Below, piece by piece: positions 62,202 to 64,000 of a stretch of DNA of 64,000 nucleotides. Where the stretch lies: assembly GCA_963811625.1 (NCBI GenBank), contig CAWERS010000001.1, forward strand, positions 28,320 to 92,319. The letters are read 5' to 3'. The stretch comes from an uncultured bacterium (GTDB lineage: Bacteria > Actinomycetota > Thermoleophilia > Solirubrobacterales > 70-9). Both the position numbers and the translations under genes were made by a program. The notes beneath the pieces were generated by a model that saw nothing but the letters and a program-made list of their open reading frames with translations, was not told where the DNA came from and made no database searches. Positions within the stretch are counted from its first letter, which is position 1. Each line of letters begins with the position of its first letter.

Positions 62202-63578
62202 ATGGGTGTCGGGCTGAGGGGAACAGGCGGACTCGTGCTGCTCGGGCTGGCCATGGCCGTGATCGGTGGCTGCGGCGGCGAGGACGACCTCTCGAAGAGC
62301 GAGGCGACCAAGAAGCTCAACGCGCTCTGCCGCCAATCGGCTGATCGCAGCGAGAATGCTGGCGGCCCGGAGGGCAGCTCGGGGGAGTCGTTCGTCAACG
62401 GGCTGCGGGCCCAGGTGCGGGAGTTCGACCGCCTCCAGGGCGAGCTGGAGGATATGTCGCTCGGCGGCCCCAGCCAGGCGGCGGCCGACTATGTGGCCGC
62501 CCACGACCGAGCGGTGGAGGCGAGCCAGGCGACGCTCGACAAGTTGACCGAAAGCGACAACGGCCAGCCCGACCAGGGCGAGCTGAACCAGCTGATCAAG
62601 GAGCAGGAGAACGCCACCGACGCATCGATCGAGGCCGCCGAGAAGGCTGGCCTCGACGACTGCGGGCCGCGTACGCGCGAGATCCAGGCCGCCGCCTCGC
62701 CGGTCGGCCTGGGCACCAAGCCGCGCAGCATCGGCGGCGGTCAGGCGATCGTCGCCGGGTCCGGCTTTGTCGGGATCTGGAAGGGCCTGGCGACCCAGAA
62801 CGGACCCGGAGCCCGCGAGACTCGAACCTACCCCGTCTCGATGGGGATCGAGGCCGGATACGGCATACCCCCGGGAGGCGGGTCTGGGGAGGTCGCGCGC
62901 CAGTACTGGGGCAACGGCGACATTCGCTACCCGTCGTTCCACTGCAGTGGCCGAGTGAAGATCGTCGAGGCCGGGTCCGGCCCTGGCGGCATCGGGTATC
63001 GCTACAAGCTCGAGGAGCGGATCTACGACGGCCGTGACAAGTGCGGTTCGGGTGGCACGATCACCGCCGTCAGCGAGGGCGACGAGCTCGACTGGCGCTG
63101 GAAGGATGATCAGGTTGAGGCGACCGCAATTCTCGGCCAGGTCCAGGCGCCGAAGCGGATGCCGGTGTCCGAGCAGACGATCCGGGAGCTTCAGGGGCAC
63201 GAGTACTCGGGGACGGTCACCCAATGGGGTCCGCGGGGCCAGAAGGCGAGCTACCAGCTCTACTACGTCCTATACCCGCCGGACGGACCGAGGTTCGGCC
63301 CCGGGGACGGGCACACGCAGTCCTACGACGGCCCCTGCATGGGGAACGGCGTGCTGCACATCGAGTCCGTGTCCGGCGACCGGGCCGTGCTGCGGCGGCG
63401 GTTCGACCGCTACAGCAACTGCATCGGGGGCGGGGTGGTCGAGACCCGGTTGGTTGGAGACAAGCTGCTCTTCCGCTGGCTTCGCCAAGGCGACGACGAG
63501 CGGGGCGAGCAGGAGGACGTGATCGCGCTCGGGACGCTCTCCGAATCAGGCCCCGCGCGAGGACCGGCTCCGGGCTAG
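62202..63578 (+). CDS. Lipoprotein of unknown function
   Basis: Lipobox AVIGGCGGEDD. 458 aa. Its N-terminal roughly 130 aa are paralogous to the next gene. Confidence 0.7.
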   Translation: MGVGLRGTGGLVLLGLAMAVIGGCGGEDDLSKSEATKKLNALCRQSADRSENAGGPEGSSGESFVNGLRAQVREFDRLQGELEDMSLGGPSQAAADYVAAHDRAVEASQATLDKLTESDNGQPDQGELNQLIKEQENATDASIEAAEKAGLDDCGPRTREIQAAASPVGLGTKPRSIGGGQAIVAGSGFVGIWKGLATQNGPGARETRTYPVSMGIEAGYGIPPGGGSGEVARQYWGNGDIRYPSFHCSGRVKIVEAGSGPGGIGYRYKLEERIYDGRDKCGSGGTITAVSEGDELDWRWKDDQVEATAILGQVQAPKRMPVSEQTIRELQGHEYSGTVTQWGPRGQKASYQLYYVLYPPDGPRFGPGDGHTQSYDGPCMGNGVLHIESVSGDRAVLRRRFDRYSNCIGGGVVETRLVGDKLLFRWLRQGDDERGEQEDVIALGTLSESGPARGPAPG

Positions 63579-63588
63579 GGCAACGCTG

Positions 63589-64000
63589 ATGCGGCTAGGA
63601 TCGGCGATCGTGGGTGTCGGGTCGAGGGGACCGGGGATCGTCGTCCTGGTGGCGCTGGGCGTCGGGCTGCTCGGCGGCTGCGGCGGCAGCGACGACCTGT
63701 CGCGGGCCGAGGCGACGGCGAAGATCAGCGCCCTCTGTCGCGCATCGGCCGACCGCAGCGAGAAGATCACGCTCGACCCGGCGAGCCAGAGCGGGGAGGA
63801 GTTCGCAGCCGCCTACCAGGCCAAGCTGCGCGAGTACGAGCGCCTGCGAGCCGAGCTCGAGGAGCTCCCGCTGGGAGGCGAGAGCCAGCCGGCGGCAGAC
63901 TACGTCGCCGCCCAGGCCCAGGGGGTGGAGGCGACCCGGGATGCGGTCAAGACAATCGTCGACAGCCAGCCCGGCGACCAGGTGACCGCGATCAAGGAGG
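63589..64000 (+). CDS. Lipoprotein paralogue (3-prime end outside window)
   Basis: Not in the ORF track because it has no stop inside the window. ATG at 63589, MRLGSAIVGVGSRGPGIVVLVALGVGLLGGCGGSDDLSRAEATAKISALCRASADRSE. It aligns with the N-terminus of the 62202 product. Confidence 0.7.
   Translation, partial: MRLGSAIVGVGSRGPGIVVLVALGVGLLGGCGGSDDLSRAEATAKISALCRASADRSEKITLDPASQSGEEFAAAYQAKLREYERLRAELEELPLGGESQPAADYVAAQAQGVEATRDAVKTIVDSQPGDQVTAIKE

Overview
High-GC (about 70% by eye) chromosomal segment whose gene content looks like a soil Actinomycetota-type bacterium: WS/DGAT, MMPL, F420/LLM and Ddn-like enzymes, a LigD polymerase domain, and a PspC-kinase-LuxR module. About 65 protein-coding genes are densely packed on both strands. 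I found no rRNA, tRNA, CRISPR array, transposase or integrase. Main points: (1) At 3.1-7.0 kb, a four-gene module is bracketed by two copies of the same intergenic repeat. It comprises a DsrE-like protein, a B12-binding radical SAM enzyme with a CCAEP C-terminal tail, an ATP-grasp ligase and an IscA/Nfu Fe-S carrier. (2) A CarH/LitR-type B12 photoreceptor regulator (Wx9EH and ExH motifs) is transcribed divergently from a seven-gene operon with overlapping stop/start codons: SDR, SRPBCC, FAD oxidoreductase, DUF1365, CFA synthase, MMPL, photolyase. The shared control region holds face-to-face TTGACA promoters and an inverted repeat. (3) Three families of imperfect intergenic direct repeats bracket single genes or modules, and a 35-nt relic of the Nfu gene lies 19 kb from its source. 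(4) Seven apparent 1-nt frameshifts occur in six otherwise recognisable genes, mostly at short G/C runs. These are either assembly errors or real pseudogenes. (5) There are clear operator palindromes for a TetR and a MerR regulator, a VapBC-like pair, an orphan HMG-CoA reductase operon and a segmentally duplicated response regulator. All function calls rest on motif recognition by eye in the supplied ORF translations. No database search or folding program was run, and many start codons are approximate.
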